Shown: positions 1-9,029 of the stretch, in pieces
Layout of the letters: each line of letters opens with the position of its first letter
Numbering within the stretch: the stretch's first letter is position 1
DNA from: Acidimicrobiales bacterium
GTDB taxonomy: Bacteria; Actinomycetota; Acidimicrobiia; Acidimicrobiales; Bin134
NCBI GenBank assembly: GCA_965200775.1
Contig: OZ241383.1
Location: forward strand, 1,141,008 to 1,205,007
Direction: 5' to 3'
DNA: 64,000 nt
Position numbers and translations under genes: made by a program
The notes under the pieces: generated by a model
What the model was told of the DNA's origin: nothing
The model's input: the letters and a program-made list of their open reading frames with translations, nothing else
Databases searched by the model: none

Positions 1-50
1 GCCCCTACGGAATCAGCTCCAACCACAAAATCGGGGTTATCCTGCCGGAC

Positions 51-1310
51 GTGAGCGACCGACCTGCCCCCATCCGCATCGAGGACCTCGCCAATCCCGT
101 GCTGCCCCCCGAGATTGCCGAGATGATGGAACAGTTGGCCCCGATGGCCGAGCAGATCGAGATGAGCCCCGAAGCGGTGCTGGCCGCTGCCACTTCCCAA
201 ACCGGCCTCAGCGACTTCGGCGACAACCACTTCCGGGAGCCTCTGGAGGTTCTGTGCCATTCCCTGACCGACGAGGCCGAACTCTCCCCGATGGGCAGGG
301 TCAGCACCTTCAGCCAGTTGAGCACCTTTGCCGCCAACCGACTACGGGTGGAGCAGTACATCAAGGACCACCCCGACACCCTCGACGTACCCATCGACCG
401 GCCCATCGTGATCGCCGGCCTCCCCCGCACCGGCACCACCCATCTCCACAACCTCATCTCCGCCGATCCCGCTCTGCGCTCCCTCCCCTGGTGGGAGGCC
501 ATGGAGCCGGTTCCCCCTCCCGGCGAGGAGGGCACCACCGAGGGCCGTATCCAGCGGGCCAAGGACGGGCTGGTCATGCTCAACACCGCCCTACCCCACT
601 ACGCCCGAATGCACGAGATGACCTGGGACCACGTCCACGAGGAGATCCACCTACTAGGCATCGACTTCTCCACCATGCTGTTCGACTGCATGGCCGTGAT
701 GCCGACGTGGAGGGCCTACTACAAGGAGCACGACCAGACCCGCCACTACCAGTACCTCAAGCGCATCCTCCAGGTGCTCACCCACCAGCGGCCGCCCCGG
801 GAACGATGGGTGCTCAAATCCCCTCAGCACCTCGAACAGATCGCCCCGCTGATGAACGTGTTCGGCGACGCCACCGTGGTGTTCACCCACCGAGACCCGG
901 TGTCGATCACCGCCTCGTTCGCCACCATGATCTGCTACTCGGCTCGCAGCAGCGCCCCCCACCCGGTGGACACCCATACCATCGGCCAGTGGTGGGCCCA
1001 GCTCATCGAGGACATGCTTCGGTCCTGCACCGACGACCGTGATCTGGTGCCCCCCGAGCAGTCCATCGACGTCCTGTTCCACGAGTTCATGGCCGACGAC
1101 GTGGCCATGGTGGAACGCATCTACCACCTGGCCGGCCAACCGTTCACCGCCTCGGTCAACGACGCCATGGACGAGTACATGGCCGGCCATCCCCGGGGAC
1201 GCCATGGCCGGGTGATCTACAACCTGGCCGACTTTGCCATCGACCCGACCGAACGCCGACGGGCGCTCGCTTTCTACACCGACCGGTTCGCCGTCGAACT
1301 AGAGCACTAG
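51..1310 (+). CDS. Sulfotransferase family protein
   Basis: 419-aa ORF with GTG start. PAPS-binding P-loop-like motif GLPRTGTTHLHNLIS and a later VFTHRDPVSITAS segment, typical of the sulfotransferase fold. Confidence 0.75.
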   Translation: MSDRPAPIRIEDLANPVLPPEIAEMMEQLAPMAEQIEMSPEAVLAAATSQTGLSDFGDNHFREPLEVLCHSLTDEAELSPMGRVSTFSQLSTFAANRLRVEQYIKDHPDTLDVPIDRPIVIAGLPRTGTTHLHNLISADPALRSLPWWEAMEPVPPPGEEGTTEGRIQRAKDGLVMLNTALPHYARMHEMTWDHVHEEIHLLGIDFSTMLFDCMAVMPTWRAYYKEHDQTRHYQYLKRILQVLTHQRPPRERWVLKSPQHLEQIAPLMNVFGDATVVFTHRDPVSITASFATMICYSARSSAPHPVDTHTIGQWWAQLIEDMLRSCTDDRDLVPPEQSIDVLFHEFMADDVAMVERIYHLAGQPFTASVNDAMDEYMAGHPRGRHGRVIYNLADFAIDPTERRRALAFYTDRFAVELEH

Positions 1311-1326
1311 CGTTCCGGCCTCGCCG

Positions 1327-1377
1327 GCCGGGGCGACAACTCCAGGCCTCACCAGCCGGGGCGACAACTCCAGGCCT
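1327..1377. repeat. Intergenic tandem duplication, 28-nt period x about 1.8 (core gccggggcgacaactccaggcct occurs twice)
   Basis: The identical 23-nt core is read directly at 1327-1349 and 1355-1377, between convergent genes. Confidence 0.9.
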
Positions 1378-1409
1378 TGACCGGCCCGCTTGAGGGTTAC
1401 CGGCCTGAG

Positions 1410-2084
1410 CTACGAGTCGATGTCGTCGATGAGCATTCGGTTGGCTCGCACGAATATGCCCTCGGCGGTTGCAGTCACCGTGCCGTCGTGGAGCATCTCA
1501 CCGGACACGTAGAGCTTGCGGCCCTCGCTCCCGGACGGCCAGGCCCGCATCTCGATCTCCCTCAACAGCGGGGTGGGCCGCTGGTAAACCACCTTCAGCG
1601 TGCCGGTGTAGCCGCCCGTTCCGTTCACCACGTTGACCACGCCGAGCAGCTCGTCGAAAACCTCGGCGATGATCCCCCCGTGGACTAGCCCCGGCGGGCC
1701 GGCATACACCGGAGGCAGGTTCATCCTTCCGTGGACCTGATCTCCCTCGGTCCAGAACTCCACCGGAGGTGAAACAGGGTTCAATCGGCCGATGATCGGG
1801 CTGTAGGGGAAGAACGCCATCGGGTCGCGGGATTCGAAACCGGTTGACAGCTCCCCCATCACCCCTTGTTGGCGAAGGCCCTCAACCTGGTCCGCTTCTA
1901 CCAGGGCCGCGGTCTGCTCGAGCAGTTCGGTGGCCTCGGAGATGGCCGGGCCGGTCACAGCGGTCACCCGCACTGCGTTCAGCACACGCCGGGCGGCCTC
2001 GGTAAGGGCCAACCGGTCGGCTCCCGCCCCGTAGTCGGGACCGGGAGCGGCGCTGGGGGCGTCCCAGAGGGGTTTCTCGCTCAA
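1410..2084 (-). CDS. Hotdog-fold thioesterase (PaaI/4HBT-like)
   Basis: 224-aa ORF. Contains the segment LVHGGIIAEVFDELLG, typical of PaaI-type thioesterases. Confidence 0.65.
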   Translation of the reverse strand: MSEKPLWDAPSAAPGPDYGAGADRLALTEAARRVLNAVRVTAVTGPAISEATELLEQTAALVEADQVEGLRQQGVMGELSTGFESRDPMAFFPYSPIIGRLNPVSPPVEFWTEGDQVHGRMNLPPVYAGPPGLVHGGIIAEVFDELLGVVNVVNGTGGYTGTLKVVYQRPTPLLREIEMRAWPSGSEGRKLYVSGEMLHDGTVTATAEGIFVRANRMLIDDIDS

Positions 2085-2134
2085 GCCTGGTTCGGTTCGT
2101 GAATGCTGGTGGAAGCCGCCGACTCGTACTCGGT

Positions 2135-2932
2135 CTAGCCCGGTTCGTACCCGTATTCCACCACGAAATCGGTGCCGGGAAGTCCCGGAGTGACCAGGCC
2201 GGCTCGCCAGCCACCGTCCACGTTCAACTCGGCGCCGGTCACATACGACGCCTCGTCGCTGGCCAGGAACAGAGCTGCATAGGCGATCTCGATGGGCTCG
2301 CCGATTCGGGGGATGGCCTGGAAGACGTAGGGCTCCTTCTCCGCCCGTGGATCGTTAGTGGGGTTACCCATCGGGGTGTTCACCCCGCCTGGGTGGATGG
2401 AGTTGACCCGGATGTCGAACCGGCCCCATTCGATGGCTGCGGTCTTGGTCATTCCCCGGATGGCCCACTTCGACGCCGAGTAGCTGATGAGGCCGTTCTT
2501 GGACTGCATGCCGTCAATGGAGCTGATGTTCACGATCGAGCCCCCGCCGGTCATCTTCATCGGCTCCAGCACCGCCTTCATGCCCAGGAACGTGCCCACC
2601 TGGTTGACGTTGATGACCTTCATGTAGTCGTCGAGGGTGGTGTCCTCGATGGCGGCGGGCATGAGAATCGCCGCGTTGTTGACAAGAGCCTTCAGCGGCC
2701 CCATACCTGAGGCCACATCCACCGCCGCAGCCCAGTCATCTTCGCTGGACACATCGAGGTGTACGTATCGGGCCCCGTCGCCGATGCTTGCCGCAACCTG
2801 CTCGCCCTCATGGTCGAGAACGTCGCCCAGCACCACCTTGGCGCCCTCGGAGGCGAACAGCCGGGCCTCGGCTTCCCCCTGGCCCCGGGCTGCCCCGGTG
2901 ACTACCGCTACCTTGCCGTCCAGCCGTCCCAT
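2135..2932 (-). CDS. SDR family oxidoreductase
   Basis: The track ORF is 2135..2986. The preferred ATG at 2932 is preceded by GAAGGAGG (reverse complement of 2938-2949). Motifs: GKVAVVTGAARGQG Rossmann motif and YSASK catalytic motif. Confidence 0.9.
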   Translation of the reverse strand: MGRLDGKVAVVTGAARGQGEAEARLFASEGAKVVLGDVLDHEGEQVAASIGDGARYVHLDVSSEDDWAAAVDVASGMGPLKALVNNAAILMPAAIEDTTLDDYMKVINVNQVGTFLGMKAVLEPMKMTGGGSIVNISSIDGMQSKNGLISYSASKWAIRGMTKTAAIEWGRFDIRVNSIHPGGVNTPMGNPTNDPRAEKEPYVFQAIPRIGEPIEIAYAALFLASDEASYVTGAELNVDGGWRAGLVTPGLPGTDFVVEYGYEPG

Positions 2933-2995
2933 CGTTAGGTGCCTCCTTCGGGTCGGGCCTGTAACTGCCCGAAACCCTACCGACACGGATGACGA

Positions 2996-3895
2996 TTAGG
3001 CGAGGTCGTGCCGAAACAACCGAGGGTCATACGAGGCCCCGCAACGATCCAGGGCCGCCTTCCAAGCCGGGCTGTTCTTCATCACCCGCCGCAACGCCAG
3101 CGTCAACCCGAGGCAGCCTGTTCGTGTACCGGGCCGCGGGGTCAGCCCCAGCACCTCGTTCAGCTCCGGAGGAATGGTGGCCACAGCGCCGTTCATCAGC
3201 ACCCGGTAGCCGATCCGCTGCGCTGGTGGCATGGGGAATCGCCGGAGAAAGCCGACCGCGGCCCGCATACCCGGGCTGGGTTCTAGGTCGGGATGCGAGG
3301 TGATCCACGCTCGCAGGTCGGCCGCGGTGTCCGGCAGGGGCGACGCGCCCAGCATGGCCCCGATCCTCGACTGCTCGACCACGAACCGGTCGGCTTCGGC
3401 CTCCGAGAGGCGGCCTCCGTACCGCCGGTAGGCCTCCAGGAACGAATCGGTGAGCGTGTTGTGAACCCACGCCGAGTACTCGGCGGTGGACGCGCTGTAG
3501 GGCCGCCCCCGGTGCGAGGTCCCGCTGACTCCCTGGTGAGCGGTGTTGACCATCTCGACCGCCTCGTGGACTTCGGGCATCGCCCCGAAGGTTGCCGATG
3601 TCACGAAGAACGAGGTGCGGCTCAGCCGGCCCAGCGGATCGTCCCGGTAGCGGCTGTGGTCGTCCACGCCGGCCACCACCTCGGGATGAGCGGCCTGCAC
3701 GAACAGGGCTCGGATGCCGCCCACAAACACGCTCACATCGCCGATCACCCTCCAGCTCACCGAATCGGGGCCGCACAACCCAGGGTCGCCGGGGTAATCC
3801 CGGGTGTTGACCATCGGCCTCTCGGCGTGGGCGAACAAGCCGCTCACCGCGTCCACCACCTTGGCCCGAGCCGAATCGAACATCGCCCCCATCAT
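2996..3895 (-). CDS. DUF2236 / MpaB-type oxygenase family protein
   Basis: 299-aa ORF. Pattern PDSVSWRV...FVQAAHPEV...RDDPLGRL, recalled as DUF2236. Confidence 0.65.
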   Translation of the reverse strand: MMGAMFDSARAKVVDAVSGLFAHAERPMVNTRDYPGDPGLCGPDSVSWRVIGDVSVFVGGIRALFVQAAHPEVVAGVDDHSRYRDDPLGRLSRTSFFVTSATFGAMPEVHEAVEMVNTAHQGVSGTSHRGRPYSASTAEYSAWVHNTLTDSFLEAYRRYGGRLSEAEADRFVVEQSRIGAMLGASPLPDTAADLRAWITSHPDLEPSPGMRAAVGFLRRFPMPPAQRIGYRVLMNGAVATIPPELNEVLGLTPRPGTRTGCLGLTLALRRVMKNSPAWKAALDRCGASYDPRLFRHDLA

Positions 3896-3915
3896 CCCAC
3901 CACCGGATCAACCAG

Positions 3916-3966
3916 CGTCAGCCATAACCAGGCGCCGGCCATAACCACCCGTCAGCCATAACCAGG
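3916..3966. repeat. Tandem repeat, 17 nt x 3 (cgtcagccataaccagg / cgccggccataaccacc / cgtcagccataaccagg)
   Basis: Read directly in the divergent intergenic region between the 2996..3895(-) and 3983..4846(+) genes. Confidence 0.9.
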
Positions 3967-3982
3967 TCGGCCTCAGTCGCTA

Positions 3983-4846
3983 TTGTCGCCCACCATGGAA
4001 ACGCTTGCCCAGCCCGACCCGTTCATCACCGGAATCGACTTCGGTGAAGGTCCCCGGTGGCACGACGGCCGCCTCTGGTACTCGGACTTCTACCAGTATG
4101 CAGTGAAAGCGGCCTCCCTGGACAAAACGGTGGAGGTGATCGTCGAGGTCCCTGGCCAGCCCTCGGGGTTGGGCTGGATGCCCAACGGCGATCTTCTGGT
4201 GGTGTCGATGGTGGACCGCCGTGTGTTGCGCTACGACGGGAACCAGCTCACCGAACACGCCGACCTCTCCGGGCTGGCCACCTCCCTCTGCAACGACATG
4301 ACCGTGGATGCCGAGGGTCGGGCCTACGTGGGCAATTTTGGCTTCGACCTACACGCCGGAGAGGACGTGACCCCGGCCACCTTGGCCCTGGTCCAACCCG
4401 ATGGGACGGTGGAAGCAGCCGCCGAGGACCTCATGTTCCCCAATGGCGCTGTCATCACCCCCGACGGCGGCACGTTCATCGTGGGCGAGAGCTTCTCCGG
4501 CCACTTCACCGCCTTCGACATCGGCCCCGAGGGGCGGCTCGAGAACCGCAGGGTGTGGGCGGCAATGCCGGGCACCATCCCCGACGGGTGCTGCTGCGAC
4601 GCCGAAGGGGGCATCTGGTACGCCGACGCCATCGGCCGAGCCGCGTTGCGGGTGCTCGAGAGCGGCGAGATAACCCACCGAGTGGAAACGGAGCAGCACT
4701 GCTTCGCCGTCATGCTGGGGGGCGACGACCGCCGCACGCTGTTCCTGGTCACCGCACCGGGATCACACCCCGACGAGGTGCAAGGACAAGGCCAGGGCCG
4801 CATCGAAACCGTCCGGGTCGAAGTCCCCGGTGCCGGACTGCCCTGA
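3983..4846 (+). CDS. SMP-30/gluconolactonase/LRE family protein
   Basis: 287-aa ORF. N-terminal signature GEGPRWHDGRLWYSDF. An alternative ATG lies at 3995. Confidence 0.8.
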   Translation: MSPTMETLAQPDPFITGIDFGEGPRWHDGRLWYSDFYQYAVKAASLDKTVEVIVEVPGQPSGLGWMPNGDLLVVSMVDRRVLRYDGNQLTEHADLSGLATSLCNDMTVDAEGRAYVGNFGFDLHAGEDVTPATLALVQPDGTVEAAAEDLMFPNGAVITPDGGTFIVGESFSGHFTAFDIGPEGRLENRRVWAAMPGTIPDGCCCDAEGGIWYADAIGRAALRVLESGEITHRVETEQHCFAVMLGGDDRRTLFLVTAPGSHPDEVQGQGQGRIETVRVEVPGAGLP

Positions 4847-4902
4847 GCCGCAGCCCTGACAATGCAGCACCCAAACAAACAACACGACAAGGAGGAGCAA
4901 TC

Positions 4903-5649
4903 ATGAGGTTTACCGGGAAGGTGGCCCTGGTAACAGGTGCCGGATCGGGCATCGGCCAGGCCACATCGGTTCGGCTGGTAGCAGAAGGAGCCACGGTGGT
5001 GGGAAGCGACATCAGCGAGGCCGGATTGGAGGAGACGGCAGGTATGGTCGAGGACGGTGGCCGGTTCCACCCGGTCATCTCCGATGTGAGGTCCCGGGAG
5101 GCCTGCCATGAGCTGGTGAGCTCGACGGTGGCCGACCACGGCCGCCTGGACGTGTTGTGCAACATCGCCGGAATCGCCCGAGGCCATCGAGTGGGCGACG
5201 TGGATCAGGAAACTTGGGACCAGATCATAAGGATCAACGTCGAGGGGGTGTTCTGGATGTCTCAGGCCGCGCTCCCCCACCTGGAGTCCTCGGACGGCTG
5301 CATCGTGAACATGGCATCCAACGCAGGTCAGATCGGCCAGGCGTACACCGTGCCCTATTGCACCAGCAAGGGTGCGGTGATCTTGATGACAAAAGCCATG
5401 GCCATGGAGACAATCAAAACAAATGTGCGGATCAACGCCGTCGCCCCGGGCGGTGTTGAGACCAACCTGGCCGCCGAGTTCGGCTTTCCCGAAGACCCCG
5501 ACATGGAATTGATGGTGCGATACATGGGCTTTCGGGGGATGGCCCAAGCCGAAGACATAGCTTCCGCGGTGGCCTATCTGGCCTCCGACGAAGCCCACCG
5601 CATCCACGGCAGCGTGATGAGCATCGATGCCGGGCTGACCGCGGGATGA
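4903..5649 (+). CDS. SDR family oxidoreductase
   Basis: ATG at 4903 preceded by GGAGGA (4891-4896). Motifs TGAGSGIG and YCTSK. The track entry 4057..5649 is a 5' extension through an open frame. Confidence 0.9.
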   Translation: MRFTGKVALVTGAGSGIGQATSVRLVAEGATVVGSDISEAGLEETAGMVEDGGRFHPVISDVRSREACHELVSSTVADHGRLDVLCNIAGIARGHRVGDVDQETWDQIIRINVEGVFWMSQAALPHLESSDGCIVNMASNAGQIGQAYTVPYCTSKGAVILMTKAMAMETIKTNVRINAVAPGGVETNLAAEFGFPEDPDMELMVRYMGFRGMAQAEDIASAVAYLASDEAHRIHGSVMSIDAGLTAG

Positions 5650-5672
5650 CCCCCAGCCCCGCCATCGAGTCC

Positions 5673-5714
5673 GACACCGGAGACACTGGGAGGGACACCG
5701 GAGACACTGGGAGG
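5673..5714. repeat. Perfect tandem duplication, 21 nt x 2 (gacaccggagacactgggagg)
   Basis: Read directly. The second copy contributes the GGGAGGAG ribosome-binding site of the next SDR gene. Confidence 0.95.
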
Positions 5715-5725
5715 AGCGAGCCGGT

Positions 5726-6505
5726 ATGAGCTGGGAACCTGCCGGGAAGAGGGTGCTCGTCACCGGGGCGTCGTCGGGCATCGGCGCGGCCTTGGCGGTG
5801 GAGCTGGGCCGGGGTGGCGCGTTCGTGGGACTGGCTGCTCGCCGGACCGACCGCCTAGAACAGGTTCTGGCCGAGGTTCGCGAGGCTGGGGGCGACGGCT
5901 GCTGGTGGGAGCTGGACCTCACCGATCTCGACGGGGTGGCTGCCTTCGCCGAGCGGGCATGGGCAGACATGGGGCCGATCGACGTGGTGGTGAACAACGC
6001 TGGAGCCCCCCGCCGCCGGTCGGTCAAGGTGCTGACCCCCGAGGAGCTGGACGAAACCATGGCGGTGAACTTCACCGGCCCAGCCCGGCTCACCCTGGCC
6101 CTGCTCCCCCACCTGCTGGAACGGGGGTCGGGCCACATCGTGAACCTGTCGTCGATGGGAACCCAGTCGATGACCCTGGGAACCGGGGCCTACGGAGCGG
6201 CCAAGTCGGCGTTCAACATGTTCACCGAGGCCCTGTATCTGGACCTGGCCGGAACCGGGGTGCAGGCCCACCTGTTCATCCCCGGCTCCACGGCTACCGA
6301 GTTCTCCACGCCCAAACCGGGCAACGACCCCCCGTTCCCACAACCACCCGATGCGTTCATGGACCCGGTGGACGTGGCCCGAGCCATCGTCGCCAAGCTG
6401 GGCACCACCGATTTCGAGGGATTTGCCGCTCCCGCTCTCCAAAAGGTGGCAGAAGCCAAACGAGCCGACACCAACGGCTTCCTGGCTCAGATGCTCAGGC
6501 GCTAA
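5726..6505 (+). CDS. SDR family oxidoreductase
   Basis: 259-aa ORF. Motifs VTGASSGIG and YGAAK. Confidence 0.85.
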   Translation: MSWEPAGKRVLVTGASSGIGAALAVELGRGGAFVGLAARRTDRLEQVLAEVREAGGDGCWWELDLTDLDGVAAFAERAWADMGPIDVVVNNAGAPRRRSVKVLTPEELDETMAVNFTGPARLTLALLPHLLERGSGHIVNLSSMGTQSMTLGTGAYGAAKSAFNMFTEALYLDLAGTGVQAHLFIPGSTATEFSTPKPGNDPPFPQPPDAFMDPVDVARAIVAKLGTTDFEGFAAPALQKVAEAKRADTNGFLAQMLRR

Positions 6506-6598
6506 TCCATACCCGACACAGAAGGTTTCCTGGCTCAGATGCTCAGGCGCTAATCCATACTCGACACAAAAGGTTTCCTGGCTCAGATGCTCAGGCGG
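6467..6598. repeat. 48-nt tandem repeat x 2.75 that duplicates the last 13 codons and stop codon of the SDR gene
   Basis: Copies at 6467-6514, 6515-6562 and 6563-6598. Each full copy carries ttcctggctcagatgctcaggcgctaa (FLAQMLRR*). Confidence 0.95.
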
Positions 6599-6612
6599 TT
6601 ACCAAACAAGCG

Positions 6613-7971
6613 TTAGTCGATTAGGGAGAAGGTGCGGTCGGGGAACAGGTCCACCACCGGCTTCCAGAGGAACTCCAGCCGCCAGGCTCGCCGGGCCAGG
6701 TATCGGACGGTTTCGGCCTCTCGGTCGGCACCCCACTCCCTTATGGCCTTGTCCAGGTCCATGAGCCCCTCGTCAAGGGAGTCGGCCCGCTTGCCGGTGA
6801 GAGCGGCGATCTCGTCCAGCTCGATGGCGACTACAGCAGGGCCGAGCTGGGCTTGACGGTCGAGGCACTCCACCAGCCGGGCGGCGTGGTCCAGCCGGTG
6901 GTGGGGGTACTCGTCGGTCACAGCGGGTAGCACCTCGTCGCGCAGGTTGTTCACCACTACCCCAGCTATAGAGGCGGACATCGAATCGTCGGGCAGCTCG
7001 GGACGCTCCAGCTCCACCCCGATGGCGTCGGCGATGGTTTCGCAGGTGGCCCGTTCGCATATGTAGCGGTACCCTCGATTCATGCCGTTGGGCATCCGGT
7101 CGTCGCACATCTCGGTGATCCGGGCAAGCGAGACGATGGACCGTACAAACTGCTGAACCCGGTAGTAGCGAACCGAGTCCAACAGCACGGGAATGCCCGA
7201 CACCTCCTCATAGCGACGGAACACTGGGCCCAGCCCTGCGTCGGGGGTCGAGGGGCAGAAGAACTCCCGAGCGCACATGTTGCCCAGGTCCTCCATGGGG
7301 TCGCCGAAATGGGCCCATTCCCAGTCCACAACGGCGCTCACCCGGCTGTCGGCGAACATGAAGTTGGCCGGCCCGGTGTCGCCCTGCAGCAGGCACACTC
7401 TCTCGAGCCGTTTGGGAACGTGGTTCCTGATCCACTGGAGGGAGAAGGTGTACAGGGGGTCGGTCACCATACCGTCGAGGAAGGCTTCGACGAACTCCAC
7501 CTCCCCCAGGGCGCACTCGGACGAAGTAGTGGGGATGGGCATGTGGTCCAGTCCGAGAGAAGCCGGTTCCAGTGAGTGGAGAAGGGCGAGCTGCTCCACG
7601 AAATCGTCGAGCACGGCAGCCTGTTCATCGGGTTCGGCGTTGTCCAGATCGGCCCGGCCCGGCATCCGCTGGTGCAAGGCGGCCTGAAGGTTCTCGTTCC
7701 ACCCCAGAATCGACGGTACTCGCATCCCGGCTTCCACCAGCGCTGTTTGCACCTTGGCCTCGCTCTTCACCGAATGCGTGCCGCTGCCGTCTCCGGCGCG
7801 GTCGAGGCGCAGGAAGTACTCGGCCACCGACCCGTCGGGCCGGGTCACATCCACCACCCACGCTTCCCGGCGGGCGATGTGGCGTTCCAACCGGGTGATC
7901 CGCCCGCCCCCTTCCTCGGCGATCCACTCGGTCATCCCTTCGGGGAGGTCGTGTTCAAACTCGTCAGCCAT
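6613..7971 (-). CDS. Phosphotransferase (APH/choline kinase-like) family protein
   Basis: 452-aa ORF. Kinase-like motifs LLQGDTGPANFMF and VVDWEWAHFGDPMEDL. Confidence 0.75.
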   Translation of the reverse strand: MADEFEHDLPEGMTEWIAEEGGGRITRLERHIARREAWVVDVTRPDGSVAEYFLRLDRAGDGSGTHSVKSEAKVQTALVEAGMRVPSILGWNENLQAALHQRMPGRADLDNAEPDEQAAVLDDFVEQLALLHSLEPASLGLDHMPIPTTSSECALGEVEFVEAFLDGMVTDPLYTFSLQWIRNHVPKRLERVCLLQGDTGPANFMFADSRVSAVVDWEWAHFGDPMEDLGNMCAREFFCPSTPDAGLGPVFRRYEEVSGIPVLLDSVRYYRVQQFVRSIVSLARITEMCDDRMPNGMNRGYRYICERATCETIADAIGVELERPELPDDSMSASIAGVVVNNLRDEVLPAVTDEYPHHRLDHAARLVECLDRQAQLGPAVVAIELDEIAALTGKRADSLDEGLMDLDKAIREWGADREAETVRYLARRAWRLEFLWKPVVDLFPDRTFSLID

Positions 7972-8028
7972 CTTGATGGCTTACCACGCCGGAGCGCCCA
8001 CCACCGTGGCCGACCTACAGTGGGGGCT

Positions 8029-8349
8029 ATGAGCAGGGAACGGATCCTGGGTGATGTGGCCACCGAGCTGCTGATGGAAAACGATCGGGTGCGCATCTGG
8101 GAGATGCGCCTCGACCCCGGCCAGCGGTCGGACCTACACCGCCACAACCACGACTATGTGCTGGTGCAGGTGTCCGGCGACAAGATCACCGGAGAGTTCG
8201 AGGCCGACACCGCCGGGGAGTACTCCGGCACCGTGGAGGGCGAGGTGGTTCCCGGCCAGGCCATGTTCATCACCAAGGGCGGAGTCGAGACCGCGGTGAA
8301 CACCGGCCAGCAGCCCTATTTCGAGATTCTTATCGAGCTGAAGGACTGA
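8029..8349 (+). CDS. Cupin domain protein
   Basis: ATG at 8029 within track ORF 7576..8349. Cupin metal motif PGQRSDLHRHNHDYVLVQVSG. Confidence 0.6.
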   Translation: MSRERILGDVATELLMENDRVRIWEMRLDPGQRSDLHRHNHDYVLVQVSGDKITGEFEADTAGEYSGTVEGEVVPGQAMFITKGGVETAVNTGQQPYFEILIELKD

Positions 8350-8402
8350 AGTAGCCAGGCCCAGCCTGGTTTCCCTACCGGGCTGTAAGGCAGAACTGCG
8401 AG

Positions 8403-8951
8403 CTAGTTCTGGCCGGTCAACGCGGCCAACACCCGTGGTGCCATGACCTCGGCCAGCTCCAGGCATTCCTCTTTGGTCCAGATGGCGGTTGGGGTCCAGG
8501 GATAGTCGGCGGCCAGAAACTCGTAGTCGGGGCATCCGCTCACACGGGCGATTGCCTGGGCTGAACCCCTCATCTCCTCATGGACGATGGCCACACTTGG
8601 CACTCCGGCCCACTCCAACTCGACTGCGTCCCGCAAACTGCGGGCACTGCAGCTGCCTCAACCCCCGAAGCCGGTTATGGCCACCGTCGCTTCCTCGGTC
8701 AGCCGGCTCCAGTCCCCCGGATCGGGCGGGATCGACACCGACCCTTTCACCACCTTCAGCGGGGCTTGCAGGTCGCTCAGCTTGGACAGCTCGTCGTAGA
8801 GGGCATCGAGGAAGATCTCCCCCTCTCCGAGCCCGTTGGCCACCAAGCCGACCACCGCGCCTTCCAAGCTGGCCGGCCGGGGAGAGAAAACATGATCGTC
8901 GGTGCGATCGAACGGGCCGGAAGTGGGATCGAGGCCGATAAGCTGTGTCAT
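8403..8951 (-). CDS. UGSC-motif selenoprotein (in-frame UGA at 8658-8660 read as Sec, codon 98 of 182)
   Basis: Track ORFs 8658..8951 and 8403..8636 are in the same frame, separated only by TGA plus 7 codons. Read-through gives ...VAITGFGG-U-GSCSARSLRDAVE.... A stem-loop lies 3' of the UGA. GAGG lies 5 nt before the ATG at 8951. Confidence 0.75.
8624..8652 (-). promoter_or_regulatory. SECIS-like stem-loop downstream of UGA
   Basis: mRNA CUGC-AGUG-CCCGC-AGUUU-GCGGG-AC-GCAG. A 5-bp apical stem plus a 4-bp lower stem, starting 5 nt after the UGA. G/U-containing apical loop. Confidence 0.55.
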
Positions 8952-9029
8952 GGCCTCAGGCTAGCCGCTCGGCGCAGCGGGTGTGAGGGCAGCGGTCCGC
9001 CGAGCACCGGGTACCGGATGGAACCGCAG

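Noticed and set aside
4324-6138. 604-aa minus-strand ORF. Similar very long ORFs include 29335..31413(-) 692 aa, 50387..52711(-) 774 aa, 31203..32642(-) 479 aa, 13406..15094(+) 562 aa, 38030..39292(+) 420 aa and 25917 to about 26129 (a 5' extension).
   Set aside because: They lie antisense or out of frame to genes with clear family motifs. They are Arg/Pro/Gly-rich with no recognisable motifs, which is typical of shadow ORFs in high-GC DNA.
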